This document shows, piece after piece, positions 1-9,300 of a stretch of 32,000 nt of DNA. Each line of letters opens with the position of its first letter. The first letter of the stretch is position 1. The position numbers and the translations under genes are program-made. Source of the DNA: Demequinaceae bacterium (GTDB taxonomy: Bacteria; Actinomycetota; Actinomycetes; Actinomycetales; Demequinaceae); the NCBI GenBank assembly GCA_965250005.1, contig OZ252279.1, positions 1,830,001 to 1,862,000 on the forward strand, in the 5' to 3' direction. The notes beneath the pieces are model-generated. The model was not told where the DNA came from, did not search any database, and worked only from the letters and a program-made list of their open reading frames with translations.

Positions 1-1
1 G

Positions 2-976
2 GGCATCTACGCGTTCGATGCCGATGCGTTGCGAGAGGCGCTCGCTCAGCTACGCCAGGACAACGACCAGGGCGAGATGTACCTCACCGATGTGATTCGT
101 CTGGCCCGCGAGGCTAACGGAAAGGTGCGTGCCATCATGACCGATGACCCTACGGAAGCCGAGGGGATCAACGACAAGGTGCAGCTCGCTGTTGCTGCGG
201 CGCTCCTCAATCGATCCATCGTCGAGAAATGGATGCGCGCGGGCGTGACCATCGTTGACCCGTCCACTACGTGGATCGACGCCGACGTCACGCTGGCCCC
301 CGACGTCACCATCCTGCCGGGTACGCAATTGCATGGTGCGACGGCCATCGCCACCGGCGCGACCGTGGGGCCCGACACCACACTCGATAGTGTGACCGTA
401 GGCGAAGGCGCTACCGTGATCCGCACCCATGGTTCTGACTCCGTGATTGGCCAGGGTGCCATCGTGGGGCCATTCGCGTACCTACGCCCAGGCACCATCT
501 TGGGCGACGCCGCCAAGATCGGTACGTTCGTGGAGACCAAGAACGCGCGGATCGGCGACGGCGCGAAGGTGCCGCACCTGAGTTACGTGGGTGACGCGAC
601 GGTGGGCGAAGGGTCGAACATTGGTGCGGCGACCATCTTTGTGAATTACGACGGCGTGACCAAGTCACACACCACCGTGGGTAAGCACGTGAAGATTGGA
701 TCGGACAACATGTTGGTCGCTCCCGTCAGCGTGGGCGACGGCGCTTACACGGGCGCTGGCTCGGTCATTCGGGACGACGTCCCCCCGGGAGCGCTGGGAA
801 TCAACACGGCTCCGCAGCGAAACATCGCCGGCTGGGTGGAGCGCAGGCGGCCCGGAACTCCGTCGGCTCTGGCTGCCGCCGCCGCGTCTGATGGAGTGGC
901 GGCGCCCGAGGCGCTATCGTCACAAGCAAAGAAGGAATTGGCCGCCGCCGAGCAAGTAGACGACCAGGGAGAATAA
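2..976 (+). CDS. glmU: Bifunctional GlmU (UDP-GlcNAc pyrophosphorylase / GlcN-1-P N-acetyltransferase), C-terminal part; the 5' end lies outside the window
   Basis: The frame is open from the window edge; track ORF 29..976 is the same frame counted from an internal [17 protein letters not shown]...GEMYLTDV is followed by long hexapeptide (left-handed beta-helix) repeats such as [35 protein letters not shown]. The TAA stop overlaps the prs ATG by 1 nt. The glmU-prs order is conserved in Actinomycetota. Confidence 0.93.
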   Translation, partial: GIYAFDADALREALAQLRQDNDQGEMYLTDVIRLAREANGKVRAIMTDDPTEAEGINDKVQLAVAAALLNRSIVEKWMRAGVTIVDPSTTWIDADVTLAPDVTILPGTQLHGATAIATGATVGPDTTLDSVTVGEGATVIRTHGSDSVIGQGAIVGPFAYLRPGTILGDAAKIGTFVETKNARIGDGAKVPHLSYVGDATVGEGSNIGAATIFVNYDGVTKSHTTVGKHVKIGSDNMLVAPVSVGDGAYTGAGSVIRDDVPPGALGINTAPQRNIAGWVERRRPGTPSALAAAAASDGVAAPEALSSQAKKELAAAEQVDDQGE

Positions 977-1956
977 TGACCGCGCCCATCACCCGCACCA
1001 ACGAACGTCGCATGGTGATCGCATCCGGACGGGCGCACCCCGAGCTCGCGGCAGCGGTCGCGGAAGAGCTCGAAACGGAGCTTCTTCCCACCGATGCTTA
1101 CACGTTCGCGAACGGCGAATTGTATGTGCGGTTTGGCGACAGCGTGCGGGGCACGGACGCGTTCGTGCTTCAATCTCACGCGGCGCCCATCAACGAGGCG
1201 ATCATGGAGCACCTCATTATGGTCGACGCCCTGAAGCGCGCGTCGGCCAAGCGCATCACTGTTGTGATGCCCTGCTACGGCTACGCACGTCAGGACAAGA
1301 AGCACCGTGGCCGCGAGCCCATTAGCGCTCGCCTCATGGCGGACCTCTTCAAATCCGCAGGTGCGGATCGCATCATGTCGGTGGACTTACACACGTCCCA
1401 GATCCAAGGGTTCTTTGACGGCCCCGTCGACCACCTGTGGGCGATGCCGCTGCTGGCCACCTACATGCGTACGCGCATCGCACCGGACAACCTCACCATC
1501 GTCTCCCCGGATGCCGGCCGCGTCCGCCTCGCAGACCAATGGTCAGATCACCTGGGCGCGCCCCTCGCGATCATTCACAAGCGCCGCGACCCCAGCGTGC
1601 CCAACCAGACCAAGGTCCATGAGTTGGTCGGTGAGGTCGAAGGCCGCACCTGTGTGCTGGTTGACGACATGATCGACACCGGCGGCACCATTGTTCAGGC
1701 AGCCGAAGCGCTGTTTGAGAACGGCGCCAAGGACGTGATCGTGGCCGCGACGCACGGGCTGCTCTCCGGCCCCGCCATGGAGCGCTTGCGCGACTCGCAG
1801 ATTTCCGAAGTGGTCATCACAGACACCTTGCCCATCAGTGAGGACAAGACGTTCGACGGACTCACGGTGCTGTCGATCGCGCCACTGCTCGCCCGCGCGG
1901 TCCGCGAAGTGTTTGACGACGGATCGGTCACCAGCCTGTTCGCTGGCAACTCCTAG
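976..1956 (+). CDS. prs: Ribose-phosphate pyrophosphokinase (PRPP synthetase)
   Basis: 326-aa ORF with DLHTSQIQGFFDGPVDHL and the PRPP-binding loop CVLVDDMIDTGGT. It sits immediately after glmU. It contains an in-frame TTA Leu codon at 1387-1389. Confidence 0.95.
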   Translation: MTAPITRTNERRMVIASGRAHPELAAAVAEELETELLPTDAYTFANGELYVRFGDSVRGTDAFVLQSHAAPINEAIMEHLIMVDALKRASAKRITVVMPCYGYARQDKKHRGREPISARLMADLFKSAGADRIMSVDLHTSQIQGFFDGPVDHLWAMPLLATYMRTRIAPDNLTIVSPDAGRVRLADQWSDHLGAPLAIIHKRRDPSVPNQTKVHELVGEVEGRTCVLVDDMIDTGGTIVQAAEALFENGAKDVIVAATHGLLSGPAMERLRDSQISEVVITDTLPISEDKTFDGLTVLSIAPLLARAVREVFDDGSVTSLFAGNS

Positions 1957-1979
1957 AAATCGAGAGCCCGCGCGAGAAC

Positions 1980-2219
1980 CTACGCAGCCGGGCTAGGGGA
2001 CGCACTGGCGCCGGGCGATGGGCTCGGCGAGGGACCAGGCGAAGGCGTCGGGTCTGTGGGAGTCTCCGTCACCACGGGCGCGGGCTCGGGCTCGGGACTG
2101 AATTCGCCAGTCATGAACAGCACGACGCCGTACGAGCCCGCAATCACTGCGAGCCCTAACCCAACGCCGATGCCAATCCCCGCGAGCACGCCCCATGGGC
2201 TGCGTGTGTCTATTCCCAT
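1980..2219 (-). CDS. Small single-pass membrane protein with a Pro/Ser/Thr-rich tail (hypothetical, 79 aa from the internal ATG)
   Basis: The ATG at 2219-2217 shares its A with the TGA stop (2221-2219) of the upstream lipoprotein gene (TGATG coupling). Sequence MGIDTRSPWGVLAGIGIGVGLGLAVIAGSYGVVLFMTGEF is followed by PEPEPAP...PSPGPSPSPSPGASASPSPAA. I recognise no homology. The low-complexity tail could also be a high-GC frame artefact. Confidence 0.35.
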   Translation of the reverse strand: MGIDTRSPWGVLAGIGIGVGLGLAVIAGSYGVVLFMTGEFSPEPEPAPVVTETPTDPTPSPGPSPSPSPGASASPSPAA

Positions 2220-3472
2220 CAAACGCACTCGTACGCGAGTGAGTTCGCGTCCGGGCGCAAGCCCAGCAGCCACGCGCCGTCGGGGCGCTGCACCGCGATG
2301 AGCGAGTTGACGTCCAAGAAGTCGTCAATGTTGGCGTAGGGGTACGGGATCTCCACCCCGGCGTCCCAGTCCCAGCCGTAACTGACGTCGTCCAAGTGAT
2401 CGCGGATGGCGATTGCTGCCAGATTGCCGCCCTCGAGCGGAGTATAGACAGACACGCCATTGGGCGCAGTGCCCGCCACCTCCCAGACCAAGTCCACGTG
2501 CGCGGCCTCGATGGTCCAATGCGCCGGGTAGCAGATGCCGGACCCGGCGCCAATCACGTGGTCCGTGCCGTCCCACTCCAGGTACGAGGTGTAGAACATC
2601 CCGTCGGCCCAGTCGATCGCGGTGTACTGGCTCGCCGGGATGTCGTCCGCACTGAACAGGTGGATGGCGCCGTACGGCAGGCGTAGTGCGTACGAGATGT
2701 TCGTCAGGCCCGGTAGCCCGAACGCCTCCCATTCCAGTTGGACGATGTCCGTGTCGCCGTAGACCGCCAGCGTGGTGACGTCTGCCGAGGCGCGCGGGTC
2801 GTAAATGATGTCGGCGTCCGTGACCGGGGGCAACAGGAAATTGCCATCGCCCAGGACGCTCTGCCAACTGAGGAAGTTGTGCAGAGTCTGGCCGGTCGCG
2901 AGGCGGTAGCCAGGCTGCGGTTCAAACGCGGACGGGTACGTCAGGCTGTCGTAAAATGTGTCACCGTCGATGGATACGCCCGCGTTGAGATCGTCGGGCA
3001 CAGCCATGCACGGATCGCCGATGCGCGCCGACGGGCACGTGATGAACCATGCGTTCGTGCCGTTTACCTCAAACAGGCCGCGGATGTCGCTGTACGCGTC
3101 GAACTCGACGCGCTCGTTTACGGCCACGAGGATGTCGGCCGTCCCGCGGTCGCCCACGTCAAAGAAGGTGATGTCTGCTAGGGAATCAAAATATGCTGGG
3201 GCAACCGCGAGTTCTGCGGGGGCGTGCCAGACCTCGTCGGTGCGCGGGTCCACGAGGTGCGCGAGTGCCGCGGCATCATCAATTGCGGCGGACCGGAGGC
3301 CGTCGAAGGGTTCCTCGGGTGGGGCAGGGGTCGGCGAAGCGCTAGGGGACGGTGTCGGGGCGGGGGTCGCTCCTCCGGGCGCGGGCTCAGGGTCGGGAAC
3401 GCACGCGGCAAGCGCCAGTACGGCGGCGACAAGTGTCGAAACGATGGCAGGGGTGCGGCGGGCGCGGGTCAT
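2219..3472 (-). CDS. Secreted lipoprotein of unknown function (paralog A, 417 aa)
   Basis: The ATG at 3472 is preceded by GGAGG with a 5-nt spacer. The signal peptide MTRARRTPAIVSTLVAAVLALAAC carries lipobox LAAC and is followed by a Pro/Ser/Thr linker. Clear paralogy to 3543..4739 is seen in LAHLVDPRTDEVWHAP, FYDSLTYPSAF, LRLPYGAIHLF and a Cys near the C-terminus. The track ORF extends to 3595, but that extension has no signal features. Confidence 0.8.
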   Translation of the reverse strand: MTRARRTPAIVSTLVAAVLALAACVPDPEPAPGGATPAPTPSPSASPTPAPPEEPFDGLRSAAIDDAAALAHLVDPRTDEVWHAPAELAVAPAYFDSLADITFFDVGDRGTADILVAVNERVEFDAYSDIRGLFEVNGTNAWFITCPSARIGDPCMAVPDDLNAGVSIDGDTFYDSLTYPSAFEPQPGYRLATGQTLHNFLSWQSVLGDGNFLLPPVTDADIIYDPRASADVTTLAVYGDTDIVQLEWEAFGLPGLTNISYALRLPYGAIHLFSADDIPASQYTAIDWADGMFYTSYLEWDGTDHVIGAGSGICYPAHWTIEAAHVDLVWEVAGTAPNGVSVYTPLEGGNLAAIAIRDHLDDVSYGWDWDAGVEIPYPYANIDDFLDVNSLIAVQRPDGAWLLGLRPDANSLAYECV

Positions 3473-3542
3473 GAAATCCTCCAGGGCTCTTGGCACCGAC
3501 TCTAGCGAGAATGTGGACAAAGCGCCCTGGCGCGGTGGCGCG

Positions 3543-4739
3543 TTAGCACCAGGCGCGGCCCGAGTACGCACCATTGAGATACGCGATCCACACATCTGCG
3601 TCCGAGGACTTGTACCCCACGATTCCCGGGGCGTCCGTGAACTGCTCGAAGCTACGCGGCGTTTCCCCCCGGCTCTGGGCGGCGGCCACGTACGTCAAGA
3701 ACATGGGAGCGGCCAGCGGGTGCGTCTCCGTCATGACGTAGACGTTCTCTCCGCGGGACGTGGTGCCCGCCTGGATCCAGTCAGTGTCGAGGATCCCGAT
3801 GAGGACGGTGTTGTGGTCGTGGTCCCAGAGTCCGCACGCGGAGTCGTTTATGTCGGCCATGTATACACCGGTGTCTGACTCGAGCGACACTGTGATGTTC
3901 CAGGTGACGTCGTCGAAGCCTTCGAATGGCAGGTACGTGAGCGTGATCACCGCGCCGTAAGGAGTGGTGAGTACGTAGAAGAGATCGTCATACGCGAGAT
4001 CCTCTGGTTCGTCTGTGCCGTAGGCGTCTGCCCACACCCAGTCCACGGGCACGCGATAGCGCTCCACGCGGTAGCCGCCGATCGTGTCGACTACATCGCT
4101 TTCCGGCTGCGTGGCTACCGTGTAGCCGGGAACGGCGAGCCCACCGCGGTTGAAATCGGGCACCAGGAGGGGCTCCCCGGACGGCAGCGTGAACTGCGCG
4201 GGCAGCGTCAGCGAGTCATAGTAGATCTGATCGTTGATGGGCACTTCGGGGAAGCCAAAGGTCGCGCCGCCGTCACCCGTCACGGCGTCGCGGCCCGAAG
4301 GGTATGCGATCCACTCCCAGGTGCCGTCCAGTGTGCGCTCGAACACCTCAGTGAGGTAGTCATCGCTATAGGACACGATGGTGCGCGTGCCTCGCTGGCC
4401 GATCTCGTACCAGCGGACGGGGTTCGAGTCGAGGTATGAGTCGCCTACCGCCCACGACGGTGTGGGAATCTCGCGCGGCGCGAAGAACCACGTTTCGCCT
4501 GTTGCGGGGTTGAGCAGCCGAGCCAGCGCCTCGCCGTCCGTCATGTTCGCGTCGCGGCGCTCAAAGGTTTCGGTGTCCGTGGGGGACTCCGAGGGTTCAG
4601 GTGTGAGAGTGCTTGAGGCGGTTGGCCCCGCGGTAATCCCTGCCGTGGGCTGGGCCGTGCTGGTGGGAGAATTCGTTGGTTCGGGCGCGCTGTTGCACGC
4701 CGCGAGCACCATTGCTCCCGCGGCAAGTGTTGCGCCCAA
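3543..4739 (-). CDS. Secreted lipoprotein of unknown function (paralog B, 398 aa)
   Basis: TTG start at 4739, with an in-frame stop 13 codons upstream. N-terminus MGATLAAGAMVLAAC has lipobox LAAC, followed by a Thr/Ser/Pro linker. It shares blocks with paralog A (LARLLNPATGETWFFAP, YYDSLTLPAQF, LTTPYGAVITLTY, C-terminal Cys). Confidence 0.78.
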   Translation of the reverse strand: MGATLAAGAMVLAACNSAPEPTNSPTSTAQPTAGITAGPTASSTLTPEPSESPTDTETFERRDANMTDGEALARLLNPATGETWFFAPREIPTPSWAVGDSYLDSNPVRWYEIGQRGTRTIVSYSDDYLTEVFERTLDGTWEWIAYPSGRDAVTGDGGATFGFPEVPINDQIYYDSLTLPAQFTLPSGEPLLVPDFNRGGLAVPGYTVATQPESDVVDTIGGYRVERYRVPVDWVWADAYGTDEPEDLAYDDLFYVLTTPYGAVITLTYLPFEGFDDVTWNITVSLESDTGVYMADINDSACGLWDHDHNTVLIGILDTDWIQAGTTSRGENVYVMTETHPLAAPMFLTYVAAAQSRGETPRSFEQFTDAPGIVGYKSSDADVWIAYLNGAYSGRAWC

Positions 4740-4970
4740 GCGAGCACGTGCGTTGGAAAGAATTGCCCACCCCTTTCAGCCATCAACAATGCTACCGAAG
4801 CCGATGCTCGCGCGCCGTGGCGGGCAGGTCGCAATTTGGTCACGGTCGCGGGTACACTGGCAACGTTCCTCGGCGAGGGAGTGCGTCTAGCTCCGTGATC
4901 GACGCGGCAGATTGCTCGCAGCCTGCCTTGCCTTGGCTCGCAAACTGACCGTATACAAGGAGCACATCCC

Positions 4971-5639
4971 ATGGTTGACCAGATCACTCTCGCTGCCGAG
5001 AAGCGCACCGAGTTTGGCAAGGGCGCTGCGCGACGCGCGCGCGCCGAAGGCAAGATTCCCGCCGTCCTGTACGGCCACGGCGCGGACCCCGTCCACGTGC
5101 TGCTTCCGGGCCACGACACGATGATGGCGCTCAAGCATCAGAACGTGCTGTTGAGCGTTGAGTTCGGCAAAGAGAAAGAAATGGCGATCGCTAAGGACGC
5201 GCAGATCAACCCCGTGCGCCAAAGCATCGAGCACGTAGACCTGCTGCTTGTTCGCGCAGGCGAGAAGATCACCGTTGACGTGCCCGTCCACCTTGAGGGC
5301 GAGACCATCTCTGGCACCATTGCTGTGCTTGAGAATGCGTCACTGCAGGTTGCCGCCGAGGCGACTCACCTGCCCGAGTTCGTCACCATCGACGTCGAGG
5401 GTCTAGACGAAGGTGCGCGCATCTTTGCGCGCGATGTCAAGATGCCCGAGGGTTCCGTGCTGGTGACAGACGGCGACGCGCTCGTTGTCGCGATTCAGAT
5501 TCCGCGCCAGGCCGCCGCAGATGAAGCCGCCGAGGTGGCTGCTGAAGAGGCCGCTGCCGAACTGGCTGCCGAGGGCGCAGAAGGCGCCGAGGGCGCAGAA
5601 GGCGAAGCTGGCGACGCCGGCGAGGAGTCGTCCGAGTAA
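4971..5639 (+). CDS. rplY: 50S ribosomal protein L25 / general stress protein Ctc
   Basis: AAGGAG RBS 7 nt upstream of the ATG. N-terminus MVDQITLAAEKRTEFGKGAARRARAEGKIPAVLYGHG is typical of L25/Ctc. It has an acidic Ala/Glu/Gly C-terminal tail and is followed by pth, as in other actinobacteria. Confidence 0.92.
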   Translation: MVDQITLAAEKRTEFGKGAARRARAEGKIPAVLYGHGADPVHVLLPGHDTMMALKHQNVLLSVEFGKEKEMAIAKDAQINPVRQSIEHVDLLLVRAGEKITVDVPVHLEGETISGTIAVLENASLQVAAEATHLPEFVTIDVEGLDEGARIFARDVKMPEGSVLVTDGDALVVAIQIPRQAAADEAAEVAAEEAAAELAAEGAEGAEGAEGEAGDAGEESSE

Positions 5640-5671
5640 ATCGGATGCCCCTGTTTCGGAAGCGGGAACCG

Positions 5672-6259
5672 ATGGCTGCTCTTGTAGTCGGGCTGGGAAA
5701 CCCCGGGCCCGAATACGCCGCGACGCGCCACAACGTCGGCCACATGGTGGTCGCCGAACTGGCGCGTCGCGCGGGCGCCTCGCTCTCCGCGACTAAGCAC
5801 CATGCCCTCGCGGCGTCGGTGCGCCTGGGAACCGTGAACGGAGCACTCGGGCCTGCGGCCGTTCTTGCATCGCCGCTGTCATACATGAATGTGAGCGGCG
5901 GACCCGTCGCCGGTCTCGCAAGATTCTACAAAGTCCCTGCCTCAGAAGTCATCGTGATTCACGACGAGCTCGACTTGCCATACGGCACCGTCAAACTCAA
6001 ACGCGGCGGCGGCGCGGGGGGCCATAATGGGATCAAGGACGTCACCAAGGCGTTGGGCGGCCCCGAGTTTGTTCGCGTCCGCGCCGGAGTGGGGCGGCCG
6101 CCCGGACGCCAAGATCCCGCGGCCTTCGTGCTTAAACCGTTCTCCGCTGCCGAGCGTAAGGAGCTCCCCTGGGTCATCGACACCTGCGCCGATGCTGTGG
6201 AGATGATCGTGGCCGAGGGGCTTGAGGCCGCGCAGATGAAGTTTCACACCTCCGACTAG
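5672..6259 (+). CDS. pth: Peptidyl-tRNA hydrolase
   Basis: Motifs LVVGLGNPGPEYAATRHNVGHMV and HDELDLPYGTVKLKRGGGAGGHNG. The track ORF starts at 5645. I prefer the ATG at 5672 because Pth proteins normally begin a few residues before the LVVGLGNPG motif, but either start is possible. Confidence 0.9.
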   Translation: MAALVVGLGNPGPEYAATRHNVGHMVVAELARRAGASLSATKHHALAASVRLGTVNGALGPAAVLASPLSYMNVSGGPVAGLARFYKVPASEVIVIHDELDLPYGTVKLKRGGGAGGHNGIKDVTKALGGPEFVRVRAGVGRPPGRQDPAAFVLKPFSAAERKELPWVIDTCADAVEMIVAEGLEAAQMKFHTSD

Positions 6260-6383
6260 TAGATTCGCAGGCTCACGAGCCAACACGTAGCGTGTGTGGT
6301 CGGTCTCCTGAAGAGGCTACGGCGGGCGGGGGTTCATCGCCTTGGGCGCGCTCGAGGTTTTCGCGCGCCGAGCGCGAACTACG

Positions 6384-9300
6384 ATGGATGAGCCGGCGAT
6401 CGCCGGACCTGTTGTCGTGCCCGGACGCAGGAACAGAGCCTGGAGAACCGTGACCGACGCACCCGCCCTCGCACCCATTCTTGAGGCATTGGCGACGGAC
6501 GATGCCCTCGCCGGCGTGACCTTGTCAGACGCGCACGTCACGGCGGCTACCGCCGCCGCTCCGGCGCTAGTCGCGCTCGCCGCCAGGGACGCGAGGGCAG
6601 CTGGCGCCGTCGACTCAACGAGGCTCGTGGTGACGGCCACGGGCAGGGATGCCGAGGCCTTCGCCGAGGCGCTGAGCGCATTCATCCCCCATCAGCGGAT
6701 CGCGCTCTTCCCCGCGTGGGAAACGCTGCCGCACGAGCGCCTGTCGCCCCGCGCGGACACGGTCGCCACCCGCCTCGCCACGCTCCGGCGGCTCACGCAC
6801 CCCCAGGATGTTGCGCAGGAGACGAGCGCGCCGCCGCTCGCGGTGGTAGTCGCGCCGGTACGCGCGCTCATGCAGCCCATGGTCGCCGGTCTGGCAGACA
6901 TGGAGCCGGTGCGCGCCCGCGTGGGAGAGCGGCATGATCTGACCGTGCTTGCTGAGGCGCTCGCAGGTGCCGCGTACACCCGGGTGGACATGGTTGAGCG
7001 GCGCGGCGAGTTCGCGGTGCGCGGCGGAATCGTCGATGTGTTCGCGCCCACCGACCCGCATCCGGTGCGTGTGGAATTCTTTGGCGACGAGGTGGAGTCG
7101 ATCCGCCAGTTCTCTGTAGCTGATCAGCGATCAATCGAGCCGGCGACGCCCGCGGACGCCCCCGAGTTCTTGTGGGCGCCGCCGTGCCGCGAGTTGCTGC
7201 TCACGGACGCGATCCGGAGCCGGGCGCGCTCGCTCCAGGACTCGATCCCTGCGGTTGCGGACATGCTGGGCCGTATCGCCTCCGGGGTTGCCGTCGAGGG
7301 AATGGAGAGCCTGATCCCAGTTCTCGTGGACCGGCTCGTGCCTCTTGTCGACATTCTGCCCGCCTCGATAGAGGTGCTCGCGGTCGAGCCCGAACGGCTC
7401 GCCCGACGCGCTGAAGACCTCATTAAGACCTCCCACGAGTTCCTGGGCGCCGCGTGGGCCAGCGCGTCTGCGGGCGCGCAGTCGCCACTGGACTTGAGCG
7501 GCGGGTCGTTTATCCCGCTGGACGAGGTGCACGCGTTGGCGACCGCCCGCGGCATCGCGTGGGGAACGGTCGGCCCGTTTGGCGGCGCGGATTCGGCGGC
7601 GACCGGGCTCGCCGATCCGGAAGATTTCGCGGGCCAGATCGAGCGCGCGCTCGCCGCTGTGAAGCAACGGGTGGCTGACGGTTGGCGCGTCGTCTTCACG
7701 ACGGCTGGAACCGGTAGCGCGCAGCGCCTGACCGAACAGTGCGGCGAGGTGGGCATCCCCGCCCGCGTCCAGGAGCAGTATGAGCACATCGAGAACGTCG
7801 TTTCGGTAGTGCCGCGCGTGACTATGCGGGGCTGGACGGCCGCCGGCGCGCGCCTGCTGGTGCTCAGCGAGGCTGACCTCACTGGCCGCGCGGGGACAGC
7901 GGGCGGCCGGAAGCTGCGCACGGCCACCCGCCGTCGGAATGCCGTTGACCCCCTCCAGCTGCGGCCAGGTGACTACGTGGTCCACGAGCAGCACGGCGTC
8001 GGCAAGTTCGTGGAGCTCACGCAGCGCAGCGTGCGCGGCACTGACCGCGAGTACCTCGTGATCGAGTACGCCGCGTCGAAGAAGGGACAGGCAGGCGACC
8101 GCCTCAGCGTTCCAACGGACCAGCTGGACCAGGTCACCAAGTACGTAGGCGGCGAGGCGCCGAGCGTCAACAAGATGGGCGGGTCGGATTGGGCCAAGAG
8201 CAAAGGCAAGGCGCGCAAGGCCGTCAAGGAGATCGCTGCGGAGTTGATCCGGCTCTATAGCGCGCGAATGGCGAGCAAGGGCCGCGAATTCGGCCCGGAT
8301 ACTCCTTGGCAGCGCGAGCTTGAGGAGGCCTTCGCGTTCGTCGAAACGCCGGACCAGCTCAGCACCATTGACGAGGTCAAGGAGGACATGGAGAAGGACG
8401 TCCCCATGGACCGGCTGGTATGCGGCGACGTGGGATTTGGCAAGACGGAGGTGGCCGTGCGCGCCGCGTTCAAGGCGATCCAGGACGGCGCTCAAGTGGC
8501 GGTCTTGGTCCCCACCACGCTGCTCGTGAAGCAGCACGTCGACACCTTCGCCGAGCGCTTCGCGCAGTTCCCCGTCAAGATCGCGGCGCTGTCGCGGTTC
8601 CAGACAGACAAGGAGGCGCGCATCGTGATGGAGGGCATGGCCGACGGTACGATCGACCTGGTCATCGGCACCCACCGGCTGCTCACCGGGCACGCACGCT
8701 TCAAGGACCTCGGGCTGATCATCGTGGACGAGGAGCAGCGGTTCGGCGTTGAGCACAAGGAAACCCTCAAGGCGATGCGCACCAACGTGGACGTACTGGC
8801 GATGTCTGCGACGCCCATCCCTCGCACCCTCGAGATGGCCGTCACCGGCATCCGAGAGATGTCCACGCTTGCGACGCCTCCAGAGGACCGGCACCCGATC
8901 CTCACGTACGTTGGCCCGCACGAGGACCAGCAGGTGATCGCCGCCATCCGCCGCGAACTGCTGCGCGATGGCCAGGTGTTCTACATTCACAACACGGTCT
9001 CCAGCATCAACCGCGTGGCAGCCCAGCTCCAGGACATGGTTCCCGAGGCGCGCATCGTCGTGGCGCACGGCCAAATGGGAGAGCATCAACTGGAGCAAGC
9101 GATCGTCGACTACTACGACAAGAAGTTCGACGTGCTGGTGTGCACCACGATCGTGGAGACTGGCCTGGACATCTCGAATGCAAACACGCTGATCGTGGAC
9201 CACGCGGAGAAGTTCGGACTGTCGCAGTTGCACCAGTTACGGGGCCGCGTTGGCCGGGCCCGCGAGCGCGCGTACGCGTACTTTCTGTACCCGCCGGATC

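Noticed and set aside
1965-1994. Possible hairpin (AGCCCG...CGGGCT) after prs as a terminator
   Set aside because: It has only a 6-bp stem with an 18-nt loop and no U-tract, and it overlaps the putative small ORF end. That is too weak to call.
2958-3878. 306-aa plus-strand ORF bridging both lipoprotein genes
   Set aside because: It is antisense to two genes that have signal peptides, lipoboxes and mutual paralogy. It spans their intergenic gap, which real genes would not do.
4740-4970. 231-nt divergent region upstream of rplY examined for a ribosomal-protein leader or riboswitch; it contains TACACT at 4853-4858 and an imperfect GCAGCC/GGCTCGC stem
   Set aside because: I could find no convincing conserved-looking structure. 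The known L25 leader is enterobacterial and I see no resemblance. The promoter hexamer lacks a properly spaced -35.
5568-5603. Perfect 18-nt tandem duplication (gccgagggcgcagaaggc x2)
   Set aside because: It lies inside the acidic Ala/Glu/Gly tail of L25/Ctc (AEGAEG repeats). It is coding low complexity, not a CRISPR array or a regulatory repeat.
7131-9233. 700-aa minus-strand ORF, the longest unexplained ORF in the track
   Set aside because: It lies entirely antisense to the strongly supported mfd gene. Its composition is Arg/His/Leu/Asp-rich with no motifs. It is the typical stop-codon-poor antisense frame of high-GC DNA.
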